Assembly: GCA_041166745.1 (NCBI GenBank)
Contig: JBEEGH010000013.1
Coordinates: forward strand, 66,453-130,452
Direction of reading: 5' to 3'
Source of the DNA: Acidimicrobiaceae bacterium
GTDB lineage: Bacteria > Actinomycetota > Acidimicrobiia > Acidimicrobiales > JACDCH01
DNA length: 64,000 bases
This document shows positions 26,840-34,940 of this stretch, piece after piece. A program made the translations under genes and the position numbers. The notes beneath the pieces are model-generated. The model was not told the DNA's origin. It made no database searches and saw nothing but the letters and a program-made list of their open reading frames with translations. How positions within the stretch are numbered: position 1 is the first letter of the stretch; each line of letters starts with the position of its first letter.

Positions 26840-27010
26840 CTACGGCGTGGGACCGGCTTCCTCGGGCTTCTTGACGGGCTCGGCCACGCCTTCGTGGAAT
26901 TCCTTCTTCGCTTGGCCGAGGCTGCGGGCCAGCTGCGGCAGCTTGGCTCCGCCGAACAGGAGCAGCACCACCAGCAGCACGATGATCAACTCGGGTGCAC
27001 CGAAGTTCAT
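26840..27010 (-). CDS. tatA: Twin-arginine translocase subunit TatA/E
   Basis: ATG 27010 is preceded by AAGGA and gives MNFGAPELIIVLLVVLLLFGGAKLPQLARSLGQAKKEFHEG. The longer ORF-track call is rejected. Confidence 0.9.
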   Translation of the reverse strand: MNFGAPELIIVLLVVLLLFGGAKLPQLARSLGQAKKEFHEGVAEPVKKPEEAGPTP

Positions 27011-27087
27011 GGGTGTCCTTTCGACAGAGCTGTCACCGCCGGGGGAACGGCGTGCTGCAGCGTTGGTAGAGCGTACGACACCCAGGG

Positions 27088-27462
27088 TCATCCCGGATGA
27101 TCGCGAAGGTCCTCTTTCCAGGATCGAAACCGGGTGTGGCTCGTACCGCTCGGCCCGAGGCCTTCCCCGTCGCCGTTCGGAAACAGCCGAAACGTGTGCG
27201 CCTCCGACAGATCGTCGTCGCGCACGACTACATAGCGAGCATCACCACCGGTGGCGGGCCCGGCTCGCCACAAGAGCCACGGTCCGATGCGCCGCTTGTA
27301 CTGCGCAACCGGCCGGCCGGGCAGGTCGTCACCCGCGGTCCGCACCGAGTCAGGAGCCTCGATCCATGCGGTGGCGGGGATGTTGCGATCGCGCACCGGG
27401 GTCGGTGGCAGGTCCTCGGTGTGGACGGCGGTGTCGTCGGTGGGGCGCTCGTCGTACCTCAA
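27088..27462 (-). CDS. Hypothetical protein
   Basis: C-terminal part of ORF 27088..27837. This is the only non-amidase reading frame downstream of the amidase stop. TTG 27462 overlaps the amidase TGA; an in-frame GTG a little downstream is an alternative start. The sequence ...RIGPWLLWRAGPATGGDARYVVVRDDDLSEAHTFRLFPNGDGEG looks protein-like. Confidence 0.45.
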   Translation of the reverse strand: MRYDERPTDDTAVHTEDLPPTPVRDRNIPATAWIEAPDSVRTAGDDLPGRPVAQYKRRIGPWLLWRAGPATGGDARYVVVRDDDLSEAHTFRLFPNGDGEGLGPSGTSHTRFRSWKEDLRDHPG

Positions 27463-28862
27463 CGGGCGAGCGGAGGAGGCTCGTACCCTCCACGAGAGGC
27501 CTCGGCGATGAGGCCGGCGAGTCGTATCGCGCTGCGGTCGTGCAAGAACGGCGTGACGACCTGTACGCCGACCGGCAGACCCTCGGTGGTGCGCGGCAGC
27601 GGCGGAACAGCCGACGGCAGCCCGACGACACCGATCAGTCCGGTCCACGTGGTGTTCTCGAGATACGAGCGCTGCTCGCCGTTCACGTCCATCGTGCGGG
27701 TCATGAAGTCGCCCGCTTGGTTGTGCGCGAACGCCGGCGTCGGAGTGACGGGACAGAGAAACGCATCGATGCCCGTGGCGAACCAGTCCGCCCACGCGCG
27801 TTGCATCAGGGCGCGCTGGTCTTGCAGCTTGAGCCACGAGTAGTGCGAACCACCGGCGGCCTCGCCGGCTTCGTCACCCATGCTCGGTGTGATGGCGGGC
27901 AGGATCAGGCCGCCGAACATGAAGGTCTGGTCGGCCATCGGCACCGGAAGCGCGGCCTCCTCGATCTTGGCGCCGGCATCGGCCAGTCGATCGACGGTGG
28001 CACGCAGCACGTCGAGATACGAACGATCGATCGCCACGGAGTCGTCTTCGAATTTCACGGCGATGCGAACACCGCTCAGTGACTCGTGTCGCGGTGTAGG
28101 TAGGTCGATGCGCCATGCCGGTGTCTGCTCCGGCGGGGGCCCGGCGAGGATTCCGAGCAACAGGGCGAGGTCGTCGGCACTCCGGGCCATCGGTCCGAAG
28201 ACGTTGATGTCGGAGTCGGTCAGTCCACCGCCGACCCGATCGAGGTAGCCGCGCTGGGGCACCACGCCGAAGCTCGGCTTCAATCCGAACGTGCCGCAGA
28301 AGTGGGAGGGAATCCGGATCGAACCACCGATGTCGGTTCCCAACTCGAAGCTCGTGAGCCCGCAAGCCACTGCCGCCGCGGGGCCGCCCGACGAACCGCC
28401 CGGTACGCGGCTCGGATCCCACGGGTTGTTGGTGGTTCCGAAGATCTCGTTGTAGCTCTGGAGATCACCGGACCAGCGCGGCAGGTTGGTCTTGCCGTAG
28501 ACGATCGCGCCCGCGGCCTTCAGTCGCGCCACCGCTGGAGCGTCGGCGGTGGGAACGTGATCGGTCAGTTCGATGGCGCCGCCGGTCGAGCGAATGCCCT
28601 CGACCTCGATGGCGTCCTTGATCGTGATCGGCAGCCCGTGCAGCGCGCCACTGCTTTCACCGCGAGCGGTGGCTTCGTCGGCGGCCGTGGCGGCCTTGCG
28701 GGCGCGGTCAGCGTCGAGCGTCACGACGGCGTGCACGGATTCGTCGAGCCGGTCGGCCCGCGCGAGATACAGATCGAGGAGCTCGCGCGACGACACCTCT
28801 TTGTTGGCGATTGCCGCGGCGAGGTCGGTGGCCGTTCGGAACGCGAGATCGTCACCAGCCAC
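27459..28862 (-). CDS. Amidase (amidase signature family)
   Basis: GTG 28862 gives VAGDDLAFRTATDLAAAIANKEVSSRELLDLYL. The AS motif is GGSSGGPAAAVA. The upstream 47 codons of the ORF call lie inside the MBL gene and are rejected. Confidence 0.85.
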   Translation of the reverse strand: MAGDDLAFRTATDLAAAIANKEVSSRELLDLYLARADRLDESVHAVVTLDADRARKAATAADEATARGESSGALHGLPITIKDAIEVEGIRSTGGAIELTDHVPTADAPAVARLKAAGAIVYGKTNLPRWSGDLQSYNEIFGTTNNPWDPSRVPGGSSGGPAAAVACGLTSFELGTDIGGSIRIPSHFCGTFGLKPSFGVVPQRGYLDRVGGGLTDSDINVFGPMARSADDLALLLGILAGPPPEQTPAWRIDLPTPRHESLSGVRIAVKFEDDSVAIDRSYLDVLRATVDRLADAGAKIEEAALPVPMADQTFMFGGLILPAITPSMGDEAGEAAGGSHYSWLKLQDQRALMQRAWADWFATGIDAFLCPVTPTPAFAHNQAGDFMTRTMDVNGEQRSYLENTTWTGLIGVVGLPSAVPPLPRTTEGLPVGVQVVTPFLHDRSAIRLAGLIAEASRGGYEPPPLAR

Positions 28863-29472
28863 GGTCGACCCACTCCTGCAGATGCGGACGCTCGGTGCCG
28901 ATCGTCGACTGATCACCGTGGCCGGGAAGGATGATCGTGCCAGGATCGAGTTTCGAGAAGAGCCGATCGTCGATCGATCGGATGATCTGCTGGAAGTTGC
29001 CACCCTCGAAGGTCGTGTTGCCCGGGCCCCCCGGGAACAAGGTGTCGCCGCTGAACAACACGGGCGAGCCTTCGATGAGGAAGCACATCGACCCGGGTGT
29101 GTGGCCGGGCGTGTGGATGGTGTGCAGCTTGAGGCGGCCGACGTTGATGACGTCGTCGTCTTCCAGGATCTCGTCGTACGACGGGAGCATCTGCGCGTCT
29201 TGCGCCGTCACGTGGACGGAGTAGCCGGCGTCGCGCAGCTGGGGGACGGCCTGGATGTGATCCCAGTGTCCGTGGGTCTCGAGCACCTCACGCACGTTGA
29301 GCCGCTTGCAGAGCTCGAGGAGGCGATCGTGCTCGTTGGCCGCGTCGAGCAGCACGGCATCGCCGGTCTGCTTGCACCGCAACACGTACACGTTGTTGTC
29401 GACGGGTCCGACGACGACCTTGTGGATCTCGGCCTGGCCGTCGTCGTAGTGCAGGGTCTTCGTATCAGCCAT
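28852..29472 (-). CDS. MBL-fold hydrolase (glyoxalase II-like)
   Basis: ATG 29472 gives MADTKTLHYDDGQAEIHKVVVGPVDNNVYVL. The HxHxDH motif is ETHGHWDHIQ, followed by TPGHTPGS. The start is 5 nt after the upstream ABC stop. Confidence 0.85.
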   Translation of the reverse strand: MADTKTLHYDDGQAEIHKVVVGPVDNNVYVLRCKQTGDAVLLDAANEHDRLLELCKRLNVREVLETHGHWDHIQAVPQLRDAGYSVHVTAQDAQMLPSYDEILEDDDVINVGRLKLHTIHTPGHTPGSMCFLIEGSPVLFSGDTLFPGGPGNTTFEGGNFQQIIRSIDDRLFSKLDPGTIILPGHGDQSTIGTERPHLQEWVDRGW

Positions 29473-29477
29473 GCGGG

Positions 29478-31229
29478 TCAAGCTATGGCGGTGGGCTCGA
29501 GGATGCGACCGCCGGCGAGCACGACCACCCGATCGGCTCGATCGAGGACGTTCGGCCGATGCGACACGACCAGCAATGCGAGCGGTGGTCCGTCGCGGTC
29601 CGGTGACAGGAGCCCATCCCACAATGCGCGCTCCGTCTCCACATCGAGCGCGGACGAAAGGTCGTCGACGACGAGCAACTCTGGCTGCCGGACCAAGGCG
29701 CGCGCTGCGACCGCGCGCTGGAGCTGACCGCCCGAAAGCCGCACTCCTCTCGGACCAACGAGGGTGTCGAGGCCTTCGGCCATCTCGCCCACGTCGTCGT
29801 ACAGGCGTGCGAGCCGGAGAGCCTCGTCGAGCCCGTGATCGTCGACCGGCCACCCGAGCTCGAGGTTCTCGCGCAGCGATGCGCTCCACAGGCGGGGAAC
29901 CTGCGCGGCGTAGGCGACACGCGGTGGTACGAGGGTGGCGTCTGGGTCGGTCACGATCTCGTCGTTCCAATGGAGCGCGCCGGAGTCGATCGGGAGGAGG
30001 CCGAGGATGGCGCGCACGAGCGTCGTCTTGCCGGAGCCGACCGGTCCGGTGATCACGACGAGTTCGCCGCGTTCGACGCGTAACGACACGTCGGCGATGC
30101 CGCGTCCGGTGGACTGGTGCACCGCGCTGATGCGCTCGACGACGAGACGCTCAAAGGGTCGGTCGATGGCCGGCGGTGGTGGAGCGGGCGGCGCCGGCTC
30201 GCGAAGGTAGATCGGGTTGTGCGCCACGAGATCGTGGTGATCCTCGTGCTCGGCCAACAGGCGTACCAGCCGACCGCTGGCCACCGTTGTCTGTCGGAGT
30301 CGGTACAGCGTGCGACCGACGCGTCGGGGGAGGCCGGCGAGCCATCCGACGTACGCGGTGAACAGCGCGAGGTCGCCCACCGTGAACTGTCCCGAGCGCA
30401 TCGCCGGCGCGACGAGCAGCAGGACGATTCCGGTGCTGAGTTCGACACTCGATGCGGTCACGGTGTCGAGCAGGTCGGTGAGGAGACGGGCGCGCACCTC
30501 GAGGGTTCGCCGAATGGCGTTGTGCTCGCGCAGTCGCGCAATGGCGGCCTGCTCGGCGCCCGCCACCTTCAACGAGAGGACCCCGCCGAACAGCCCACCG
30601 AGTTGCTCCGACACGTTCGCGGCGGCGGAGCGCGCGGCGGAGTGTGTGGCCTTGATGCGATCGGACAGCGACCGCGTGACGACGATGATGACGATCATCG
30701 GCAGGACGACCACCAGTGTCACCCGAGAGTCGGTCTGGTACATGATCGCCAGCGCGATCGCGGCGAACACGGCATCGCCCGTGAGGTCGATCCAGATGTC
30801 GACGAGCAGCAGGATGTCTTCCACGTCGTCGCGAAAGCGGTTCAGCGCTTCTCCGGACGACGCCGGGAGCCGCGTCGCGGCCGGGCCGCGCGAGCACAGG
30901 ATCGAGCGCAGCACGTTCGTGCGCAGCAGGGTCTGAACGGAGTTCCACCAGAACGGCCAGGTCGCGATGGCCAGCCACATGAGCGCCTGCCGAGCGACGT
31001 CCAGAGCAACGAACGCAGCGAGGAGCCAGCCGATCTCGCGCAACGACGCCTCGGTGCCCTGACTGAATCGGTCGAACAGCTCGCGCAGGACCAGGCCGGT
31101 GAGGATGGGGAAGGCAATGACGACGACCCACAACGCGCCGCCGAGCAGGTACTGGATCGGCTGGTAGCGGCTCAGTCGCCAGCCGACCCACCACGACGAG
31201 ATCTCGGTCGTGCGTTCGTCGTCACTCAT
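29478..31229 (-). CDS. ABC exporter, fused permease/ATPase (LSGGQ signature, DD Walker B)
   Basis: 583 aa. Motifs: GPVGSGKTT, LSGGQLQRAVAARA, LVVDDLSS. Confidence 0.9.
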   Translation of the reverse strand: MSDDERTTEISSWWVGWRLSRYQPIQYLLGGALWVVVIAFPILTGLVLRELFDRFSQGTEASLREIGWLLAAFVALDVARQALMWLAIATWPFWWNSVQTLLRTNVLRSILCSRGPAATRLPASSGEALNRFRDDVEDILLLVDIWIDLTGDAVFAAIALAIMYQTDSRVTLVVVLPMIVIIVVTRSLSDRIKATHSAARSAAANVSEQLGGLFGGVLSLKVAGAEQAAIARLREHNAIRRTLEVRARLLTDLLDTVTASSVELSTGIVLLLVAPAMRSGQFTVGDLALFTAYVGWLAGLPRRVGRTLYRLRQTTVASGRLVRLLAEHEDHHDLVAHNPIYLREPAPPAPPPPAIDRPFERLVVERISAVHQSTGRGIADVSLRVERGELVVITGPVGSGKTTLVRAILGLLPIDSGALHWNDEIVTDPDATLVPPRVAYAAQVPRLWSASLRENLELGWPVDDHGLDEALRLARLYDDVGEMAEGLDTLVGPRGVRLSGGQLQRAVAARALVRQPELLVVDDLSSALDVETERALWDGLLSPDRDGPPLALLVVSHRPNVLDRADRVVVLAGGRILEPTAIA

Positions 31230-32974
31230 CTCGAGGCCGCCAGAAGACGAGAGAACCGGCTGCTGGGATCGGCCACGAGGCTCTCGCGAGCATCGTGTTC
31301 GACGATCCGGCCGTGGTCGACGACGGCGATCTCGTCGACAGCGCGCAACGACGACAGGCGATGGGCGACGAGCACGGTGGTGCGACCGCGGCTGAGGCGG
31401 TCGACCGCCCGCTCGACCAGGAGCTCGGTATCGGGGTCGAGACGGCTCGATGGCTCGTCGAGGATGACGAGGCCCGGGTCGGCGAGGAAGGCCCGTGCGA
31501 GCGCCAGCAGTTGCGCCTCGCCGGCCGACAACCCCGAGCCGTCCGGACCGAGTTCTGTGTCCAGCCCGTGTGTCTGGGCGCGGAGCCAGGGGCCGAGCCC
31601 GAGCTCGTCGAGCAGGGCGAGTAGGGCGTCGTCGTCCTTCGGGTGCGTTTCGAAGAGCGTCAGGTTCTCGCGCAACGAAGCGCGGAACAGCTGCACCTCC
31701 TGCGTCACCATGGCGACGCGCTGGCGAAGGTCGGCAACGCCGATACGGCGGAGATCGACGCCGTCCAGCAGCACGGCGCCGTCGCCGGGGTCGTAGAGCC
31801 GGAGCATCAGCCGCGTGATCGTGCTCTTACCGCTGCCGGTGCGTCCGACGAGCCCGATCGAGCGGCCGGCCTCGAGGCGTAGGTCGATGTGGTCGAGCAC
31901 GTTCTCGTCGCCGTACGAGAAGCTCACATCGCGAAGCTCGATCGACAGCGAACCTGTCGGCGCCAGTCGGTGGGCCTCCTCGGCGCTGGGCCATGCCAAG
32001 TTCGAATGCTCGGCGAACAGCTCGGCCGCGCGCGCAACGCCCGCTTGGGCGCGCTGCAGCTCCTTGAGCTGATCGATGATGCGTTCGAGCGGTTGCCGGA
32101 TGATCTGCGAGTAGCGGAAGACCACCAGCAGTGTTCCGACCGATATCGCGCCGGAGCGCTGCAAGAGCACACCGAGGCCGAGCAACATCGCCGTTCCCAG
32201 CGTGAACGCGAGGTTGGTGAGACGCACGAGTCCACCCCCGACGATCTCGGCCCGGCGGTCGGCTCTGAACGCCTCGGCGCTCACGTCGTGGAAGCGACGA
32301 ACGATGTGCGCCCCGGCGCCGTTGGCGCGGAGGTCTTCGGCGGCGGCGAGATGCTCTTCGAGGTCGGCGAACAGTCCGGCGACGATGGCACGGTGCGCGG
32401 CCGACGTGGGCACCGCGCGACGTTGGACACGAACGAGGAACAGGGACGCCGCGACGACGAAAGCCGCGAGTGCGGCGCCAAGACGTATGTCGTCGACGGT
32501 CAGCACGATCAACGTTCCTGCCAGCAGCGGGGCGCTTCCGAGGATGTCGACGAGGAACGTGACGAGGAACTCCGCGATCGCGTGCACGTCGCCGTCGACG
32601 CGTTCGATCAACTCACCGGGCGGATGCTTCCCGTGGTACGAGATGTCGAGCGAGAGCGTGTGCTCGGCCAGTTCCTCGCGAAGCCGGTTGGTCGCCGTCC
32701 ACGCTTGACGGCTCGCAACCCACGTCCGAACGACGGTGGCCGCCTGCGCAGCAGCGGCGACAACCAGGTACACGATGGCGATCGCCGCGAGCTCACCGCT
32801 CTTGGCGCCGGCGATGGCCCGATCGACGAAGTGGCCGAGGATGATCGGACCCGTCAAGGGCAGCACGGTGCCGATCACGAGTGCGCCGATCAGGCCGGCG
32901 AGGGCGCGTCGCTCGGGCCACAGGTGGGCGCGCAAGACGTGCCGAGGGTCGATCGCCGTCTCGTGAGCATCCAT
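31226..32974 (-). CDS. ABC exporter, fused permease/ATPase (LSAGE signature, DE Walker B)
   Basis: 582 aa. Motifs: GRTGSGKST, LSAGEAQLLALARA, VILDEPSS. It overlaps the downstream partner by 4 nt. Confidence 0.9.
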   Translation of the reverse strand: MDAHETAIDPRHVLRAHLWPERRALAGLIGALVIGTVLPLTGPIILGHFVDRAIAGAKSGELAAIAIVYLVVAAAAQAATVVRTWVASRQAWTATNRLREELAEHTLSLDISYHGKHPPGELIERVDGDVHAIAEFLVTFLVDILGSAPLLAGTLIVLTVDDIRLGAALAAFVVAASLFLVRVQRRAVPTSAAHRAIVAGLFADLEEHLAAAEDLRANGAGAHIVRRFHDVSAEAFRADRRAEIVGGGLVRLTNLAFTLGTAMLLGLGVLLQRSGAISVGTLLVVFRYSQIIRQPLERIIDQLKELQRAQAGVARAAELFAEHSNLAWPSAEEAHRLAPTGSLSIELRDVSFSYGDENVLDHIDLRLEAGRSIGLVGRTGSGKSTITRLMLRLYDPGDGAVLLDGVDLRRIGVADLRQRVAMVTQEVQLFRASLRENLTLFETHPKDDDALLALLDELGLGPWLRAQTHGLDTELGPDGSGLSAGEAQLLALARAFLADPGLVILDEPSSRLDPDTELLVERAVDRLSRGRTTVLVAHRLSSLRAVDEIAVVDHGRIVEHDARESLVADPSSRFSRLLAASR

Positions 32975-32998
32975 GGCGCCGATCGACGCTACGCCTCC

Positions 32999-33046
32999 AA
33001 ATCCAGTGCACTACGACACATTTATTTGTCGTAGTGCACTGGATTT
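32999..33046 (-). repeat. Perfect 20-bp inverted repeat with an 8-nt AT-rich loop (hairpin element IR1; candidate terminator, operator or REP-like element)
   Basis: The sequence is AAATCCAGTGCACTACGACA - catttatt - TGTCGTAGTGCACTGGATTT. It lies 13 nt after the vapC stop and 24 nt before the ABC exporter ATG (32974). Confidence 0.7.
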
Positions 33047-33059
33047 CGTGACGCGGGGG

Positions 33060-33476
33060 TCAGGTCGAGGCGACGTCGAAACCGAGTGAAATAGCGACGG
33101 GGATCTGGCGCGGGTCGAACGTGCAGAACGTGACCGGCTTCGGCAACCGATCCGCGGCCGCCAGGTGGATCGCATCGACGGTGCGCACCGGTTGCGTGCG
33201 TCCGATCTCGGCGGCGCGGTCGAGGCAGAGCTGATCGATCGGTACGACGTTGATTCGCTCCCAGTCGTCGCGGACGGCACGCCGAATCGCGTCACGTTCT
33301 GATTCGAGGGTGGCGGCGCGCTCGGCGAGTGCGACCACCTCGCTCAACGCGAGCGCCGACGCGCACCAATCGCCGTCAGCGGCCATCGCGTCGAGCACCA
33401 CTTGCCGGGCGGGACCACCGAGGTAGCGCGCGAGCAGCGCCGAACTGTCCAGCGCCAGCACGTCAGCGCACCTCAT
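33060..33476 (-). CDS. vapC: PIN-domain ribonuclease toxin VapC
   Basis: 138 aa. Shows VLALDSSALLARYL (first acidic PIN residue) and VRTVDAIHLAAA. GTG 33461 is an alternative start. Confidence 0.85.
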   Translation of the reverse strand: MRCADVLALDSSALLARYLGGPARQVVLDAMAADGDWCASALALSEVVALAERAATLESERDAIRRAVRDDWERINVVPIDQLCLDRAAEIGRTQPVRTVDAIHLAAADRLPKPVTFCTFDPRQIPVAISLGFDVAST

Positions 33477-33726
33477 CCAGCAGGCGGTCGAGCCGCGTGC
33501 CGACGGGCATCGCCACGACGAGCTCCGGCGCCGGTCGGTCCGAGCGACGCGCCTTCTGGAGGAGTCCGCGTACGGCGAGGTCGTCGAGCGTCGGCTCTCC
33601 TGCGCCGTGGTCGAGCGGTCCGAGCTGGGCGACCGGCCGTCCTCCGACGGTGACGACGACCCGATGGCCGGCCTCCGCCTGGCGCACGGCCGTGGCCAGG
33701 TTGGCCCGAAGCTCCCGGATCTTCAT
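33463..33726 (-). CDS. Phd/YefM-type antitoxin
   Basis: ATG 33726 gives MKIRELRANLATAVRQAEAGHRVVVTVGGRPVAQLGPL. This is the C-terminal 87 codons of the 495-aa ORF-track call, the rest of which is antisense to the acyl-CoA dehydrogenase. Confidence 0.8.
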   Translation of the reverse strand: MKIRELRANLATAVRQAEAGHRVVVTVGGRPVAQLGPLDHGAGEPTLDDLAVRGLLQKARRSDRPAPELVVAMPVGTRLDRLLDEVR

Positions 33727-33741
33727 GTACACCTGTGTACA
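33726..33741. promoter_or_regulatory. 7-2-7 palindrome abutting the antitoxin start (candidate TA operator)
   Basis: The palindrome is TGTACAC-CT-GTGTACA. The first T is part of the antitoxin start codon complement. Confidence 0.5.
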
Positions 33742-33786
33742 CGACAGAAGTGGCAGCCCACCAGCTCTGCATGCTGCAATCCCCGC

Positions 33787-34902
33787 ATGAACTTCGCTTT
33801 CTCCGAGGAGCAAGAAGAGCTCCGCCGCATCGTCCGTCAGTTCCTCGACTCCAAGTCGAGCGAGGCCGAGGTCCGTCGCCTCATGGAGACGACCGAGGGC
33901 TACGACCCGGCGACCTGGTCGCAGATGGCCAACGAGCTCGGCCTGCAGTCCCTCACGATCCCCGAGGAGTTCGGCGGGCAGGGCTACGGCTACGTCGAAC
34001 TCACGGTCGTGCTCGAAGAGATGGGCCGGTCGCTGTTGTGCGCGCCGTACTTCTCGAGCGTCGTGCTCGCGGCCAACACGCTGCTCCACTCGGGCGACGA
34101 CGCGGCCAAGAAGGAGCTGCTTCCGGGTATCGCGTCCGGCGAGACGATGGCGACCCTCGCGTTCACCGAGGAGTCCGGCAAGTGGGACGAGTCCGGCATC
34201 ACGATCCAGGCCACGAAGGCGGGCGACGGCTACAAGCTCAACGGCACGAAGATGTTCGTGCTCGACGGCCACACCGCGAACCTGATCCTCGTCGCCGCTC
34301 GCACGGAGGCCGGCGTGAGCCTGTTCCGTGTCGACGCCGACGCGTCGGGGCTCACGCGGACGCCACTGGCCACGATGGACCAGACCCGCAAGCAGGCGAA
34401 GCTCGACTTCGCCGACACGCCGGCCACGCTCATCGGCACAGACGGCGCCGGTTGGTCGGTGCTCGAGCGGGTGCTCGACCTCGCCGCGGTGGCGCTCGCC
34501 GCCGAGCAGGTCGGAGGAGCCCAGAAGGTGCTCGAGATGGCCGTCGAGTACGCCAAGGTGCGCGTCCAGTTCGGCCGTCCGATCGGTTCGTTCCAGGCCA
34601 TCAAGCACAAGTGCGCCGACATGCTGCTCGAGGTCGAGTCGGCCAAGTCGGCCGCGTACTACGCCGGCTGGTGCGCATCCGAGCTCAACGACGAGCTCCC
34701 GTCGGTGGCGTCGCTGGCCAAGGCGTACTGCTCGGAGGCGTACTTCCACGCCGCGGCCGAGAACATCCAGATCCACGGTGGTATCGGGTTCACGTGGGAG
34801 CACCCCGCGCACCTGTACTTCAAGCGGGCCAAGTCGTCCGAGCTCCTGTTCGGTGACCCGACCTACCACCGCGAGCTGCTCGCGCAGCGCATCGGCATCT
34901 GA
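33787..34902 (+). CDS. Acyl-CoA dehydrogenase
   Basis: ATG 33787 gives MNFAFSEEQEELRRIVRQFLDSKSSEAEVRRLME. The C-terminus has IQIHGGIGFTWEHPAHLYFKRA. Confidence 0.9.
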   Translation: MNFAFSEEQEELRRIVRQFLDSKSSEAEVRRLMETTEGYDPATWSQMANELGLQSLTIPEEFGGQGYGYVELTVVLEEMGRSLLCAPYFSSVVLAANTLLHSGDDAAKKELLPGIASGETMATLAFTEESGKWDESGITIQATKAGDGYKLNGTKMFVLDGHTANLILVAARTEAGVSLFRVDADASGLTRTPLATMDQTRKQAKLDFADTPATLIGTDGAGWSVLERVLDLAAVALAAEQVGGAQKVLEMAVEYAKVRVQFGRPIGSFQAIKHKCADMLLEVESAKSAAYYAGWCASELNDELPSVASLAKAYCSEAYFHAAAENIQIHGGIGFTWEHPAHLYFKRAKSSELLFGDPTYHRELLAQRIGI

Positions 34903-34940
34903 TCGTCCTCGTCGCGGTCCTGGCCGCGCTGCTCGTCCTC

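Noticed and set aside
33060-33726. vapBC-like module as evidence for a mobile element or genomic island
   Set aside because: No integrase, transposase, tRNA target or direct-repeat boundaries were seen. TA pairs are common in actinobacterial chromosomes. The flanking hairpins IR1 and IR2 are reported separately as a hypothesis only.
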